Assembly (NCBI GenBank): GCA_018652625.1
Contig: JABIBT010000028.1
Span: 1 to 38,262 of the forward strand
DNA length: 38,262 bases
Source: Candidatus Woesearchaeota archaeon
Lineage (GTDB): Archaea > Nanobdellota > Nanobdellia > SCGC-AAA011-G17 > PNOQ01
Reading direction: 5' to 3'
The position numbers and the translations under genes are program-made. The notes under the pieces are model-generated. The model was not told the DNA's origin. It did no database searches and saw only the letters and a list, made by a program, of their open reading frames with translations. Shown here in pieces: positions 18,834-31,063 of this stretch (its first letter is position 1; each line of letters begins with the position of its first letter).

Positions 18834-19130
18834 ATGGCAAAACTTAATCAAGACGAGGTTAGAATATGTGATATTGCTGGCAGGCTTCCAGGAGCCAAGG
18901 CAAGATTGGCAACTCCTCAAGAGGACCATGGATTTCAAAAAGCGGATGTTGTTGTAGATCTAGATGGAATTACACATTACCTTCAAGTGTCGCGTATGCC
19001 TAAGTCGGTTAAGGAAAGAGATAGATTGGCTAGGAGAGGAACGCATCCAATAAACACCCATAAATATCATAATATGCCCCTTTCAGATCAAGAAATTTAT
19101 CAAAAGCTTGAAGAAATAATTGATGTCTAA
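18834..19130 (+). CDS. hypothetical protein (98 aa, orphan)
   Basis: It has its own BRE/TATA AGAAAGATTTATATA about 25 nt upstream of the ATG at 18834. The segment KADVVVDLDGITHYLQVSR is vaguely like a nuclease-fold D...(E/Q)xK core. The track start 18771 lies upstream of the promoter. Confidence 0.45.
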   Translation: MAKLNQDEVRICDIAGRLPGAKARLATPQEDHGFQKADVVVDLDGITHYLQVSRMPKSVKERDRLARRGTHPINTHKYHNMPLSDQEIYQKLEEIIDV

Positions 19131-19268
19131 TGTTTGAAATATAATTTATTTATAAGTAATTTTCTAAAAATTGAATTTTGTTAGTAGGGGGCCTGAAAGT
19201 GCCAAATTCTAGCAGAAACATTTATAAACTAGAGAGTGTTTTTCTTATTACTTTTAGAGGAATTTTAA

Positions 19269-21164
<1,896 letters not shown>

Positions 21165-21165
21165 G

Positions 21166-21630
21166 ATGATGCGTGGTTTAATTAATCCGGAAAATGCAGA
21201 ACTTGTAATATATCATCCAGAATTACATGCAATAAAAAAAACTTGGCCACTGGAAGGAGTTTTATTTAGAGTTGAAACTCTTGAGTCAGTTGGTGAAGGG
21301 TTATTTAGATATGGTTTGAGATTGACTAACTCTTCTTTAAATAATTTGAGTAATTTGGAGAGAAGATTTTATGATCCTCTTAGTAGGAATATGGATTTTT
21401 TATCTGTTGCTACAGAATTAGCATATAGAAAACATAGAGTTTTGCCTTTTAATATTATTGAGCCAGATATTAAAGAAGGTTTTGATAGATTTGTTGAAAA
21501 TACTTCATTACATATGGATTCAAATGCATTAAAGTCATTATCCTTTAATAGGCGAGTTTTTACATTATCTAAATATCTTGAGATGGCTATCAATTCTAAA
21601 GTTGCTAAAGAAATGGGGTTGAAAAGATGA
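21166..21630 (+). CDS. hypothetical protein inserted between gyrB and gyrA
   Basis: 154-aa ORF starting 1 nt after the gyrB stop and overlapping the next gene by ATGA. No recognisable motif. Confidence 0.5.
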   Translation: MMRGLINPENAELVIYHPELHAIKKTWPLEGVLFRVETLESVGEGLFRYGLRLTNSSLNNLSNLERRFYDPLSRNMDFLSVATELAYRKHRVLPFNIIEPDIKEGFDRFVENTSLHMDSNALKSLSFNRRVFTLSKYLEMAINSKVAKEMGLKR

Positions 21631-22175
21631 TTAAGGCAATTGTATTTGATCTTGCTGGAGTAATTTATACTATGGGATTCTCTTTTCACAAAGAGTTTGA
21701 AGTAATAAGGGGGTATTGGAATAAAGCAAAAGTTGGAGAGATTAGTAATGATGATTTTTTGAAATTAGGTTCTGAAAAATTTAATTCGAGTGTTGAAAAT
21801 TTTGTTAATTTCTTTTGGGATAATAATGAACTTATTCCTGGAATGCAAGAATTAATTATTAAGTTGGGTGAAAAATATAAAATAGGTTTTTTGGCAAATT
21901 TAGTTGAAGAAGTTTATAAAGTTGATATTGATTTATGGGATTTTGAATCTTTTGGAGAGAGTGTTATGAGTTTTAGAGAAAAAGTTAAGAAGCCGGATGT
22001 AGAGGCTATTGAATTGATTATTAATAAGTTGGGTGTTGAGAAAGAGGAGATTATTTATGTGGATGATAAACCTGAAACTATTGAAAAATATTCTGAATAT
22101 GGTGTTAAATGTGTGAAATTTGATAGTAAAAAACAGTTAATTGAAGATTTGAAAAAACTTGGAGTTGAATTATGA
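21627..22175 (+). CDS. HAD-superfamily hydrolase (subfamily IA-like)
   Basis: Motif [11 protein letters not shown], motif III KKPD and motif IV YVDDKPE. ATGA overlaps on both sides. Confidence 0.7.
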   Translation: MIKAIVFDLAGVIYTMGFSFHKEFEVIRGYWNKAKVGEISNDDFLKLGSEKFNSSVENFVNFFWDNNELIPGMQELIIKLGEKYKIGFLANLVEEVYKVDIDLWDFESFGESVMSFREKVKKPDVEAIELIINKLGVEKEEIIYVDDKPETIEKYSEYGVKCVKFDSKKQLIEDLKKLGVEL

Positions 22176-24553
22176 CAGATAAAGTTCAACAAAGGCTAAT
22201 TGAAGAAGAAATGAAAGAAGCATACATAGATTATGCTATGTCTGTTATTGTTTCTAGAGCTTTGCCAAATGTTTGTGATGGTTTGAAGCCAGTTCATAGA
22301 AGAATTTTGTATGCTATGAAAGACATGGGGATGTTCCATAATAAACCGTTTAAAAAATGTGCAAGAATTGTTGGAGAGGTTTTAGGTAAGTACCATCCAC
22401 ATGGAGATGTTGCTGTTTATGATTCATTAGTTAGAATGGCTCAAGAGTTTAGTTTAAGATATCCTTTGATTAATGGACATGGAAACTTTGGTAGTATCGA
22501 TGGAGATAGAGCAGCTGCTATGAGGTATACTGAGGCAAGATTACAAAGACTTGCTTCTGAAATGTTAGAGGATATTGATAAGGATACTGTGGATTTTGTT
22601 GATAATTTTGATGCTTCATTGAAAGAGCCAACTGTTTTGCCTTCTAAATTGCCAAATCTTTTGATAAATGGGTCTACAGGTATTGCTGTTGGCATGGCCA
22701 CAAATATACCTCCTCATAATCTTTCTGAGGTTTTAGATGCATGTATTGCATTTGTTGATAATCAAGAAGTTTCTGTTCAAGAATTAATGAAATATGTTAA
22801 AGGTCCTGATTTTCCTACCGGTGGAATTATTTTAGGTAAGCAAGGAATTATGCAAGCCCATACAAAAGGAAAAGGATCCGTAAAAGTTAGATCTAAGGTT
22901 GATATTGAAGATAATAAATTGATAATTACTGAGATTCCTTATCAGGTAAACAAGACTACATTAATTGAAGGAATTGTTAATTTAGTAAAAACAAAAAGGG
23001 TAGAAGGAATTTCAGATATTAGAGATGAGTCGGATAGGGATGGGATGAGAGTTGTTATTATTTTGAAAAAAGGAGTAAATGCAGAATTAATTTTAAATCA
23101 GTTATATAAAAATTCTCAATTGCAAACTAGTTTCGGGATGAATATGATTGCTTTAGTGAATAATCAACCTAAAACTCTAAATTTACTTGAGATGATTAAA
23201 TATTTTGTTTTACATAGAAAAGATATTGTAATTAAAAGAACCAAATTTGATTTAAAGAAAGCCGAGAAAAGAGCACATATTTTAGAAGGTTTGAAGATTG
23301 CTTTGGAAAATATTGATGAAGTTGTTAGAATTATAAAATCTAGTAAGGATGTTGAAAATGCTAGAAGATTATTAATTGCTAAGTTTTCCTTATCTTTAGA
23401 GCAGAGTCAAGCAATTTTAGATATGAGATTGCATAGGTTGACTTCATTAGAAACTAAGAAATTAAATGATGAATTAAAAGAATTAGTTAAATTAATCAAA
23501 GAATTAAGAGAGATTCTTGGAGATGAAAGAAAAGTTTATTCTATAATAAAAGAGGAATTTAAAGAATTAAAGAAAAAATATGGTGATGAAAGAAGAACCG
23601 AGTTATTAGATGTTGAAGAAGAGATTGAAGACGAGGATTTGATTAAAAAAGAAAATGTGGTAGTTACTGTTACTCATGATGGTTATGTTAATAGATTGCC
23701 AGTTAAAACATATAGGCAGCAAGGGCGTGGTGGAACAGGTATAAAGGCAACTGGAACTAAGGAAGAAGACTTTGTTGAGAATATATTTACTACAAGTACA
23801 CATGATTACTTATTATTTTTTAGTAATTTGGGAAGAGTTTATTGGAATAAGGCTTATGCTATTCCATCTAGTTCTAGATATGCTAAAGGAATGAATTTGA
23901 TTAATTTACTTAGATTGAGAGAGGGTGAGAGAATTAGGACAATTATTCCAGTTTCATCTTTTGAGGAAGGATATTTGAATATTATAACTAAGAAAGGATT
24001 GATTAAGAAAACTGCTTTGAAAGAGTATGGTAGACCTAGAAAGGGGGGAATTGTTGCTGTTAATCTTAAGCAAGGAGATAATTTAGTTGAGGTCATTTTA
24101 ACAAAAGATGGTGAAGAATTAGTTGTTGCAACTGCTAGTGGTCGTGCTATTAGATTTAAGGATTCATTAATTAGGCCGGTTGGTAGAAATTCTATGGGTG
24201 TTCGTGCTATTAAATTAAGAAAAGATAAAGTTATTGGCGTAGATATTGCCAGAGATAGTTTATTAACAATTACTGAAAATGGATTTGGTAAGAGGACCAA
24301 TATTAAGGAGTATAGTACTATTGGACGTGGAGGTTTAGGAGTTATTAATATCAAAACTTCTGAAAGAAATGGTAAAGTTATTGGTGTTAAATCAGTTAAA
24401 TCTGAAGATGATTTGATGTTGGTTACTAAGAAAGGAACTTTGATTCGTGTTAGTGCTAAGAACATTTCTAAGATTGGGCGTAATACACAAGGTGTTAGAA
24501 TTATGAAGTTAAAAGATGGAGATAAAGTTATTTCTGTGGCTAGAGTTTTTTAG
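22172..24553 (+). CDS. gyrA: DNA gyrase subunit A
   Basis: [19 protein letters not shown] and [10 protein letters not shown] (catalytic Tyr). The C-terminal region has beta-pinwheel repeats. Confidence 0.95.
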   Translation: MTDKVQQRLIEEEMKEAYIDYAMSVIVSRALPNVCDGLKPVHRRILYAMKDMGMFHNKPFKKCARIVGEVLGKYHPHGDVAVYDSLVRMAQEFSLRYPLINGHGNFGSIDGDRAAAMRYTEARLQRLASEMLEDIDKDTVDFVDNFDASLKEPTVLPSKLPNLLINGSTGIAVGMATNIPPHNLSEVLDACIAFVDNQEVSVQELMKYVKGPDFPTGGIILGKQGIMQAHTKGKGSVKVRSKVDIEDNKLIITEIPYQVNKTTLIEGIVNLVKTKRVEGISDIRDESDRDGMRVVIILKKGVNAELILNQLYKNSQLQTSFGMNMIALVNNQPKTLNLLEMIKYFVLHRKDIVIKRTKFDLKKAEKRAHILEGLKIALENIDEVVRIIKSSKDVENARRLLIAKFSLSLEQSQAILDMRLHRLTSLETKKLNDELKELVKLIKELREILGDERKVYSIIKEEFKELKKKYGDERRTELLDVEEEIEDEDLIKKENVVVTVTHDGYVNRLPVKTYRQQGRGGTGIKATGTKEEDFVENIFTTSTHDYLLFFSNLGRVYWNKAYAIPSSSRYAKGMNLINLLRLREGERIRTIIPVSSFEEGYLNIITKKGLIKKTALKEYGRPRKGGIVAVNLKQGDNLVEVILTKDGEELVVATASGRAIRFKDSLIRPVGRNSMGVRAIKLRKDKVIGVDIARDSLLTITENGFGKRTNIKEYSTIGRGGLGVINIKTSERNGKVIGVKSVKSEDDLMLVTKKGTLIRVSAKNISKIGRNTQGVRIMKLKDGDKVISVARVF

Positions 24554-24587
24554 TTAAGTTTTTAAGTTAGTACAGGGTTTCTTTTTT

Positions 24588-24797
24588 ATGGATGTTGAAG
24601 ATGGAAATATAATTGGCTGTGGTAAAAGCTTAAAGGAAATAGTTAGGGGAAATCCTGAAGTTGTTCTTAGAGAACTTTTTGATGGACTGAATCAACTTCG
24701 AGATTATTTAGATAATGGTGGAGTTTTTTTCCCAAGTAATCATGAGAAATATATGTCTGAAATTTTTGGTAAGGGGGGAGAAAAAAATGGATCCTAA
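24588..24797 (+). CDS. hypothetical protein (69 aa)
   Basis: ORF with a TATA-like element about 25 nt upstream. It overlaps the next ORF's frame, and its end contains T7, G6 and A7 runs. Confidence 0.4.
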   Translation: MDVEDGNIIGCGKSLKEIVRGNPEVVLRELFDGLNQLRDYLDNGGVFFPSNHEKYMSEIFGKGGEKNGS

Positions 24798-25119
24798 ATT
24801 TTTTTCAGAAGTCATTCCTGTCAGAATTTTTAAAGAAATCAGGTCTACTGAAGGTCAAGCAGATTTTTCTTTTTGGGATTGTAAGCTTGTTGGAGAAGAG
24901 GTTGAGGAATATTTCTCGAATCCTCGCTTTGGAGGATTTCCTGAAACGATAAATGAACTCTATGGGGCGATGATCGAGTTCTTGGGTATGTACAGAGAAG
25001 TTACTGGAAAACCAGATGCGAAATATGATGTTAGGAATACAGATGGCCCGATTACACAAACAATTAGAAGATCAATGCGTCCAGGAGAAGCTAGATCATT
25101 AACAGATAAATTAGGTTAG
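24787..25119 (+). CDS. hypothetical protein (110 aa)
   Basis: The ATG at 24787 is preceded by GGGGGGAG at SD distance. The frame is open back to 24715 (track start). No recognisable motif. Confidence 0.45.
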   Translation: MDPKFFSEVIPVRIFKEIRSTEGQADFSFWDCKLVGEEVEEYFSNPRFGGFPETINELYGAMIEFLGMYREVTGKPDAKYDVRNTDGPITQTIRRSMRPGEARSLTDKLG

Positions 25120-25135
25120 TAAACAAATAATATTT

Positions 25136-26359
25136 CTAAATAATTTCACCATAACCAATTAATCTCCAACGTGCACCTACCATTCTAGAAAGTGTAACTC
25201 TGTCTTCTTTGAAGGCACATACTGGTTTTTTTAGTTTAAGTTTTATATGGTCTTTTTTTAATTCAGTTACTGTTCCAACTGTTGCTGTTGAATTAACATT
25301 AAGCATTAAAATTTCGCTCAATTTTATAGGTTCAACTACTAATTCGTCTTTTGAACCAACTACCCTTTCTAATAAAGTTTGTTTTAAAGTAAACTCTTCT
25401 AAAGTTTCTGGCATTTTTCCATGCAAACCAATAACGTTTCCGACTAAAGAATCTGCTTTTACTATTGAAGGATCTAATTTAGTTTGAATTCCTGCTGAGC
25501 CACCCGGAGAAATTTCTTTTACTTCCTGATTTCCAGTTATTAAAGATTCGATTTGAGTTTTTACAGGTTCCCAGACAACTTTTTTATTCTTTTCTTTTCT
25601 TATTCCTGGTTTTATTTCTACTAAATCTCCTTTTTTTAGAACTCCAGTTTGCATTGCCCCTCCAAGAACTCCGCCTTTTAGATTTTTAATTATTGTTCCA
25701 GGTTTATTTATGTCAAATGATCTTGCAACTAAAAATAGTGGATCCTTTTTTGTGTCTCTTTCAGGAGTTGGAAATGTTTCTTGTATTGTTTTTATTAAAA
25801 CATCAATGTTAATATTATGTTGGGCAGATATTGGAATTATTGGAGCGTTTTCTGCTATTGTTCCCTTTAAGAATTCTTTTATTTCTTTATAGTTTTCTAA
25901 AACTTTTTCCTTTTCTACTAAATCTATTTTATTTTGTACAATTATGATATTTTTTATTCCAGCTATTTCTAATGCCATCAGATGTTCTTTTGTTTGTGGT
26001 TGTGGGCATTCTTCAGTTGCAGAAACCATTAGTAATGCTGCGTCCATAATTGCTGCTCCAGAGAGCATAGTTGCCATTAGTGTTTCATGACCTGGCGCAT
26101 CTATGAATGAAATTTTTCTTAGTGGAATATATTTAGGTTTTTTTTCTACGGTGTAGCATTCTGGATCTTTTTTATCTGGATCTTTGTAGAATGTAGTATC
26201 TGCGTACCCAAGTCTAATTGTGATACCTCTCTTTAGCTCTTCCGAGTGTACATCTGTCCATTTACCTGAAAGTGCTTGTGTTAGAGTGGTCTTTCCATGA
26301 TCAACATGACCGACTAATCCTATACTTAATTCTGGTTGTAATTCTTCTTTTTTAGACAT
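25136..26359 (-). CDS. eif2g: translation initiation factor aIF2 gamma subunit
   Basis: [26 protein letters not shown] and NKID, with EF-Tu-like domains II/III. Confidence 0.9.
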   Translation of the reverse strand: MSKKEELQPELSIGLVGHVDHGKTTLTQALSGKWTDVHSEELKRGITIRLGYADTTFYKDPDKKDPECYTVEKKPKYIPLRKISFIDAPGHETLMATMLSGAAIMDAALLMVSATEECPQPQTKEHLMALEIAGIKNIIIVQNKIDLVEKEKVLENYKEIKEFLKGTIAENAPIIPISAQHNINIDVLIKTIQETFPTPERDTKKDPLFLVARSFDINKPGTIIKNLKGGVLGGAMQTGVLKKGDLVEIKPGIRKEKNKKVVWEPVKTQIESLITGNQEVKEISPGGSAGIQTKLDPSIVKADSLVGNVIGLHGKMPETLEEFTLKQTLLERVVGSKDELVVEPIKLSEILMLNVNSTATVGTVTELKKDHIKLKLKKPVCAFKEDRVTLSRMVGARWRLIGYGEII

Positions 26360-26398
26360 AAGAATTTGATTTTTATGGTGATTTATAAATGTAACTAA

Positions 26399-26734
26399 TT
26401 ATTTTTTCTTCTTTTTTCTATATAGATTCCCAGTCATGTATTTCTTCGTTTTTCTTTTTCCTTCTTCTACAAAGGTATTATGTTCTAAACTAGCACGTGC
26501 TAGATATAAATCTCTTGATTCTAATCCTTTTGATAATCTTGTTAACATTGGCCCTTCTCTACTCTTTGTTGGAAAGTTGAAAGGTTTATCCAAACTACTT
26601 ACATATATTGTTAGAAATTGTTTTTTTGTCTTTTTATCTTTTGTTTGTTCTATTTCAACAAAACCTAATGGGTCTACATCTGACCTTTCTATTATATCTT
26701 CTATGCCTCCAGAAGTAATATAAACATTTGACAT
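26399..26734 (-). CDS. hypothetical basic protein (111 aa)
   Basis: ORF between eif2g and rps6e in the same orientation. It has a poly-Lys C-terminus and no recognisable motif. Confidence 0.45.
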   Translation of the reverse strand: MSNVYITSGGIEDIIERSDVDPLGFVEIEQTKDKKTKKQFLTIYVSSLDKPFNFPTKSREGPMLTRLSKGLESRDLYLARASLEHNTFVEEGKRKTKKYMTGNLYRKKKKK

Positions 26735-26764
26735 AAAAAAAGGATTTAAAAGAAATATATAAAT

Positions 26765-27247
26765 TTATTCTTCTTTAGGTTTTTCTTCAACCTTTTTTTC
26801 TTCAGGTTTAGGTTCTTCTTTTACTTCTTCAACAGGTTTTTCTTCTGTTTTAGGAGCTTCTTCTGTCTTTTCAGGTTCTTTTTCTAATCCTAATAATTTT
26901 GGAAGAGTGTCTTTTCCATATTTTTCAACTTTTAAGTTAACCTGAGAAACATTTTCATCTACTGTATTTCCGTGCATTGTTTTTCTTTGTTTCATTCCTT
27001 TTACTTTATTTTTTACTCCAACGCCAGAAACAACCAAAGGACGTTTTCTTCCAATCCCTGGAACGTCTGATCTCATTGGAAAACCTTGTTTATCGGATCC
27101 CCCGGTTATTGTGAATTCATAGCCTTTAAAGCCAAATTCATCACCAGAGACTTTTTCTCCGATTTTTTTATTCATGAATATGTCTGATTCTACTTCTTTC
27201 TTATATGATTTTTTTGCTTTTACATCATTTATTGTTAGTTTAAACAT
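26765..27247 (-). CDS. rps6e: ribosomal protein S6e with a Lys/Glu/Pro-rich C-terminal extension
   Basis: S6e core (GYEFTITGGSDKQGFPMRSDVPGIGRKRPL) plus the tail [39 protein letters not shown]. Confidence 0.9.
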   Translation of the reverse strand: MFKLTINDVKAKKSYKKEVESDIFMNKKIGEKVSGDEFGFKGYEFTITGGSDKQGFPMRSDVPGIGRKRPLVVSGVGVKNKVKGMKQRKTMHGNTVDENVSQVNLKVEKYGKDTLPKLLGLEKEPEKTEEAPKTEEKPVEEVKEEPKPEEKKVEEKPKEE

Positions 27248-27250
27248 TTT

Positions 27251-28966
27251 TTACATTCCCCACGTTGGATTAACATTTCTTTTGATTTTAGCTATTTCCT
27301 TTAACAATTGCACCTCAGATTCATTTAAATACTTTTTCATTAGTTTTTTAAGCTTTTTGAAATCTTCTTGAGGTATATTTGAATATAATACATCATTTTC
27401 TTTTATTTGTCTTCCACAGGTTACATTGGGTAAAGATATAGCTACTTCCTTGCCCTGCTTTGCTTCAGATACAGTTTCCTTGTTATCTTGTATTTCTTTT
27501 AGTTCTGTTAATTTCTTTCCTTCTGAAGTCATTAATGGGGTTCCTGCTCTTGCTGTTCCGATTAACACATCAACTCCCACTATTGCAGGATTTAATTGTC
27601 TAAACATACAGCCGGGCATAATCTTTAATTTGAATGGTTTTACTAAATTTTCAAATTCTTTTGATTCTAATTCTTTTGATTTTTTTTCTTTGTATTCAAC
27701 AATATCATCTACTATTTTATAAACAACTTCGTTTGTTATTATTCTTACGTCTTTAGATTCTTCTAGAATTTTTACATTAAACCCGACTACTATTTGGTTT
27801 AAAGGATCTTCATTTGATGATGCTTCAGCAATATCTGTTTTTGTTATGTTTCCGATTGCTGCTTTTTTTATTTTTACCTCTTTGTCTTTTAGTAAAGAAA
27901 CTAGTGCTTCTAAAGAACCTAAAGTGTCTGCTTTTGCTATGATTCCTTCATTGTCAGTATCTATTGTTACTTCATCTATTTCTTGTTGTAGTTCTTTGAT
28001 TATCTCATTTTCTTTTTTATTTGCAACTCTTATTGGCATTCCTGGAATTGCTTCATCTAAATCTGGAGCAGAGATTTTTATTCCTGCAGATGCGTGAACT
28101 TCTTTTTGTTCTTTTAATTTTGATTTCTCGTACTTGAATAGACATTTTACTTTTGTTTTTATTGGCTCGTTTAAAGTCCCTATTAAAATGGTGTCATTTT
28201 GTTTTATTTTTCCATCATAAATTACAACATCTAATGTTTTTCCTATTCCTTTTTCTTCTGTAACTTCTAGAATTGTTCCTTTTGCAGGTTTTTCTAAATC
28301 TGTTTCTAGTGATTGTTCTAAGAATTTTTGAGCTAGGCCGGAAACTACCATTAGTAACTCCGGAAGGCCATCTTTTGTTTTTGCAGAGCACGGAATAATA
28401 GCTACTTGTTTTGTGTGGTCTTTTACTCTGTCAAATCTTTCTGATTGTAATCCTTGTTCGTGTAGTGTTTGAACTATTTTGTATAATTTTGTTTCAATGT
28501 CTGCCAATACAAATTCTTGTTGCTCTTTAATATTTTGTAGAATTGGTTTTTTATTTGAATTAAATCCTCCCACTCTATCTATTTTGTTTGCTGCTATGAC
28601 AAAAGGAGTTTTTGAGTTTTTTAAAATTTCAATTGCTTCTAGAGTTTGAGGTTTTGCTCCTTCGTTTATATCTATAACTAGAATTGCTATATCTGCTATG
28701 TTCCCTCCTCTTTTTCTTAAAGTTGTGAAAGCTTCGTGACCGGGTGAGTCTATAAATAAAATTCCTGGAATTGTTAGGTTTATGTTTTTTAGTAAATCAC
28801 CACAGGTTTCTTGTATTTTGTTTAATTCTATAGAATGTGCTGTGATATTTTGAGTAATTCCACCAGCCTCTTTGTCTGCTACGGAAGTATTTCTAATAGA
28901 ATCTAAAATACTTGTTTTTCCGTGGTCTACGTGTGCTAGTAAGACACATATTGGTTGCCTTATCAT
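27251..28966 (-). CDS. infB: translation initiation factor aIF5B (IF-2 homolog)
   Basis: AHVDHGKTSILD, DSPGHEAF and NKID. Size and domain order are typical of aIF5B. Confidence 0.9.
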   Translation of the reverse strand: MIRQPICVLLAHVDHGKTSILDSIRNTSVADKEAGGITQNITAHSIELNKIQETCGDLLKNINLTIPGILFIDSPGHEAFTTLRKRGGNIADIAILVIDINEGAKPQTLEAIEILKNSKTPFVIAANKIDRVGGFNSNKKPILQNIKEQQEFVLADIETKLYKIVQTLHEQGLQSERFDRVKDHTKQVAIIPCSAKTKDGLPELLMVVSGLAQKFLEQSLETDLEKPAKGTILEVTEEKGIGKTLDVVIYDGKIKQNDTILIGTLNEPIKTKVKCLFKYEKSKLKEQKEVHASAGIKISAPDLDEAIPGMPIRVANKKENEIIKELQQEIDEVTIDTDNEGIIAKADTLGSLEALVSLLKDKEVKIKKAAIGNITKTDIAEASSNEDPLNQIVVGFNVKILEESKDVRIITNEVVYKIVDDIVEYKEKKSKELESKEFENLVKPFKLKIMPGCMFRQLNPAIVGVDVLIGTARAGTPLMTSEGKKLTELKEIQDNKETVSEAKQGKEVAISLPNVTCGRQIKENDVLYSNIPQEDFKKLKKLMKKYLNESEVQLLKEIAKIKRNVNPTWGM

Positions 28967-29062
28967 CTTATTATTTAGGCTAAATAAGTGTTTTAAAAAG
29001 GTTTCTGATGTAACTATTTAATTATATAAATATTTAATAATCTCCTTTAGATATAATTTTTT

Positions 29063-29503
29063 ATGGAAGTGATAAAAGAATTTTTGTCAACTGTTTTTGT
29101 TGTAGATAAAAACAAGATTTTGATGACTTGGAATAAGAAAGTTAGAAGTTGGATTCCTGTTGGCGGTCATATAGAACCAAATGAATTGCCTTGTGATTCA
29201 GTTATAAGAGAAGCAAAAGAAGAATCTGGTCTGGATATAGAATTAGTTTCTCCATGGGATAAATCTAAGTCTGGAAATTTGATTCAACCCATACATGTAC
29301 ATCTAGATCATATAAAGGAAGATCATAAGCATATAAATTTAATATATTTTGGAATTGTTAAAGGTGGTGACCTTTTAGAAGAAAGTGATGAACAAACGCC
29401 CTTGAAATGGTTTTCTCAAGAAGAAATAGAAAAAGAGGAATTGTTTCCTAATGTTAAAGAATGGGCCCTAGAAGCATTAAATAAATTAGGAAATAAATAT
29501 TAA
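29063..29503 (+). CDS. NUDIX hydrolase
   Basis: Complete Nudix box GGHIEPNELPCDSVIREAKEESGL (Gx5Ex7REUxEExGU). Confidence 0.8.
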   Translation: MEVIKEFLSTVFVVDKNKILMTWNKKVRSWIPVGGHIEPNELPCDSVIREAKEESGLDIELVSPWDKSKSGNLIQPIHVHLDHIKEDHKHINLIYFGIVKGGDLLEESDEQTPLKWFSQEEIEKEELFPNVKEWALEALNKLGNKY

Positions 29504-29979
29504 AAAGTGTGTTCTTCATGTGAAATTTTGTAATCATGCAATTCATCTATTGAAAACCACATAGCAACTTCATCTTTTGCTTCTTCAAGATTTCCAGAAG
29601 CATGAATCAAATTTTTTGATGCTTCCCCTTTTGAATTTGCATATTCTAAAGAAGCGTGAGCATAATCCCCACGAATTGTTCCTACTTCTGCAGTTTTTGG
29701 TTCTGTTGATCCTACAATCTTTCTTACAACTTCTACTGCCGATACGCCTTCAATTACCATGGCTACTACTGGGCCAGATGTAATGAAGTTTTCTAATCCT
29801 TTGTAAAAATCTTTGTCTATATTTCCTGCATAATGTTTTTTTGAAAAGTCAGAATCTATTTTGGTCATTTTTAGTCCAACAATTTTCATACCTCTTTGCT
29901 CAAATCTTCTTATTATTTCTCCGATTAAGCTTCTTTTCACACCATCGGGTTTAACCAGAACTAATGTTTGTTGTATCAT
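29500..29979 (-). CDS. ndk: nucleoside diphosphate kinase
   Basis: [10 protein letters not shown]...GEIIRRFE...GPVVAMV...GTIRGD...NLIHAS (active-site His). Confidence 0.9.
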   Translation of the reverse strand: MIQQTLVLVKPDGVKRSLIGEIIRRFEQRGMKIVGLKMTKIDSDFSKKHYAGNIDKDFYKGLENFITSGPVVAMVIEGVSAVEVVRKIVGSTEPKTAEVGTIRGDYAHASLEYANSKGEASKNLIHASGNLEEAKDEVAMWFSIDELHDYKISHEEHTF

Positions 29980-30143
29980 TTTTCACCCTTTGTCCATTTG
30001 AACTTTATTGGTTTTCTTTTTAATTTTAAAGCATTCTTTTCACATTTCATAGAACAAAAGTTAAGAATTTTTCCAGTTTTATATACATATATCTTTCCTG
30101 TACCTTTTTCTATTTCTTTTGAACAAAACGAACATTTAGCCAT
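29976..30143 (-). CDS. rpl24e: ribosomal protein L24e (55 aa, below ORF-track cutoff)
   Basis: Translates to [55 protein letters not shown], with the L24e zinc-ribbon pattern C.FC...G.G......G....FCS.KC. The stop overlaps the ndk ATG (ATGA). Confidence 0.8.
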   Translation of the reverse strand: MAKCSFCSKEIEKGTGKIYVYKTGKILNFCSMKCEKNALKLKRKPIKFKWTKGEK

Positions 30144-30145
30144 CT

Positions 30146-30412
30146 TTATTTACCTTTTGAACCGATTCTTCTAGCTTCTATTTCGGTTTCTCTGAGCATT
30201 AACAAGTCTCCTGGTTTAATTGGACCTTTTACATTTCTTCTTAATATTTTATTTTGGTCTCTACCTGACAGTACCTTGCATCTAACCTGAGTAATTTCTC
30301 CTTTCATTCCAGTTCTTCCAACTATCTCTTCAACGCTTGCTTCTACTGCTTCCTTGAAAAGTTTAGTAACTTCCTTTTTTTTGGGATCTTTCTTGTCTCT
30401 AGTTGGTTTCAT
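30146..30412 (-). CDS. rps28e: ribosomal protein S28e
   Basis: [19 protein letters not shown]...[27 protein letters not shown]. Confidence 0.9.
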   Translation of the reverse strand: MKPTRDKKDPKKKEVTKLFKEAVEASVEEIVGRTGMKGEITQVRCKVLSGRDQNKILRRNVKGPIKPGDLLMLRETEIEARRIGSKGK

Positions 30413-30702
30413 TTTTTGCCTTCTTGAATTACTGCTACTGCAGATGTTGATACTTGAAGTCCTGCTGCTGCACCTAACTCTTCTTTTGAGTCTACTTCAA
30501 CGAAAGGAATACTTTTCTCTTCGCATAAAGGTTTAAGATGCATTATAATTTCTTGAGGAGAAATATCTTTAGCAACTGCAACTAGTTTTGCTACGCCTCT
30601 TTCAACAGATTTTGTAACCTCGTTTGTACCTTTTTTAATTTTACCAGTTTTCTTGGCAAGTTCTATACTTTCATATGCTTTTTCTTGTGTTATTTCAGCC
30701 AT
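30409..30702 (-). CDS. rpl7ae: ribosomal protein L7Ae (K-turn binding), compact 97-aa form
   Basis: [55 protein letters not shown]. Confidence 0.9.
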   Translation of the reverse strand: MAEITQEKAYESIELAKKTGKIKKGTNEVTKSVERGVAKLVAVAKDISPQEIIMHLKPLCEEKSIPFVEVDSKEELGAAAGLQVSTSAVAVIQEGKK

Positions 30703-30763
30703 TCTAACCCTCCTATCATTAGGTCAATTAGTTTTTGAGAAGGTGTTTTGTTTATAAATCTTT

Positions 30764-30982
30764 TTATTGGTATGTTCTTGTTGAATCTTGGTAAGTTATT
30801 TGGTTATCTATTTCTGTTTGTTGAGAAATAGTTAAATTTTCTAAAATTTCTGTTTGTGAACATCCTTGTGAGAATAATTCAAACGTTGCTAAAACAGTTA
30901 GAAATGTCAATCCTCCCCCAAGAAAGACCATATTCAATTTGTTTCTGAATATGAAATCGGGTTTTGCTTCGTATTTTTTCAT
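30764..30982 (-). CDS. hypothetical small anchored or secreted protein
   Basis: One hydrophobic segment (MVFLGGGLTFLTVLATFELF) then a Gln/Thr-rich tail. Weak call. Confidence 0.3.
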   Translation of the reverse strand: MKKYEAKPDFIFRNKLNMVFLGGGLTFLTVLATFELFSQGCSQTEILENLTISQQTEIDNQITYQDSTRTYQ

Positions 30983-31063
30983 TTGTTTTTATGGTTGATT
31001 GTTTTTAATAAAATTTAGTATTTACTGATAAGTTTTATAAAGTTTTAATTTAGTTTATTTTTA

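Noticed and set aside
23854-24465. 203-aa ORF antisense to gyrA, and similar antisense or shadow ORFs (e.g. 440..736, 1020..1331, 12831..13103, 16927..17286, 25209..25487, 27426..27722, 35125..37161)
   Set aside because: All are embedded opposite or out of frame in strongly supported genes. They have low-complexity Leu/Ser/Phe-rich translations typical of shadow frames in AT-rich DNA.
29500-29503. Convergent genes sharing a palindromic TTAA as both stop codons (also at 33117..33120)
   Set aside because: This is a simple consequence of genome compaction and gives no evidence of function.
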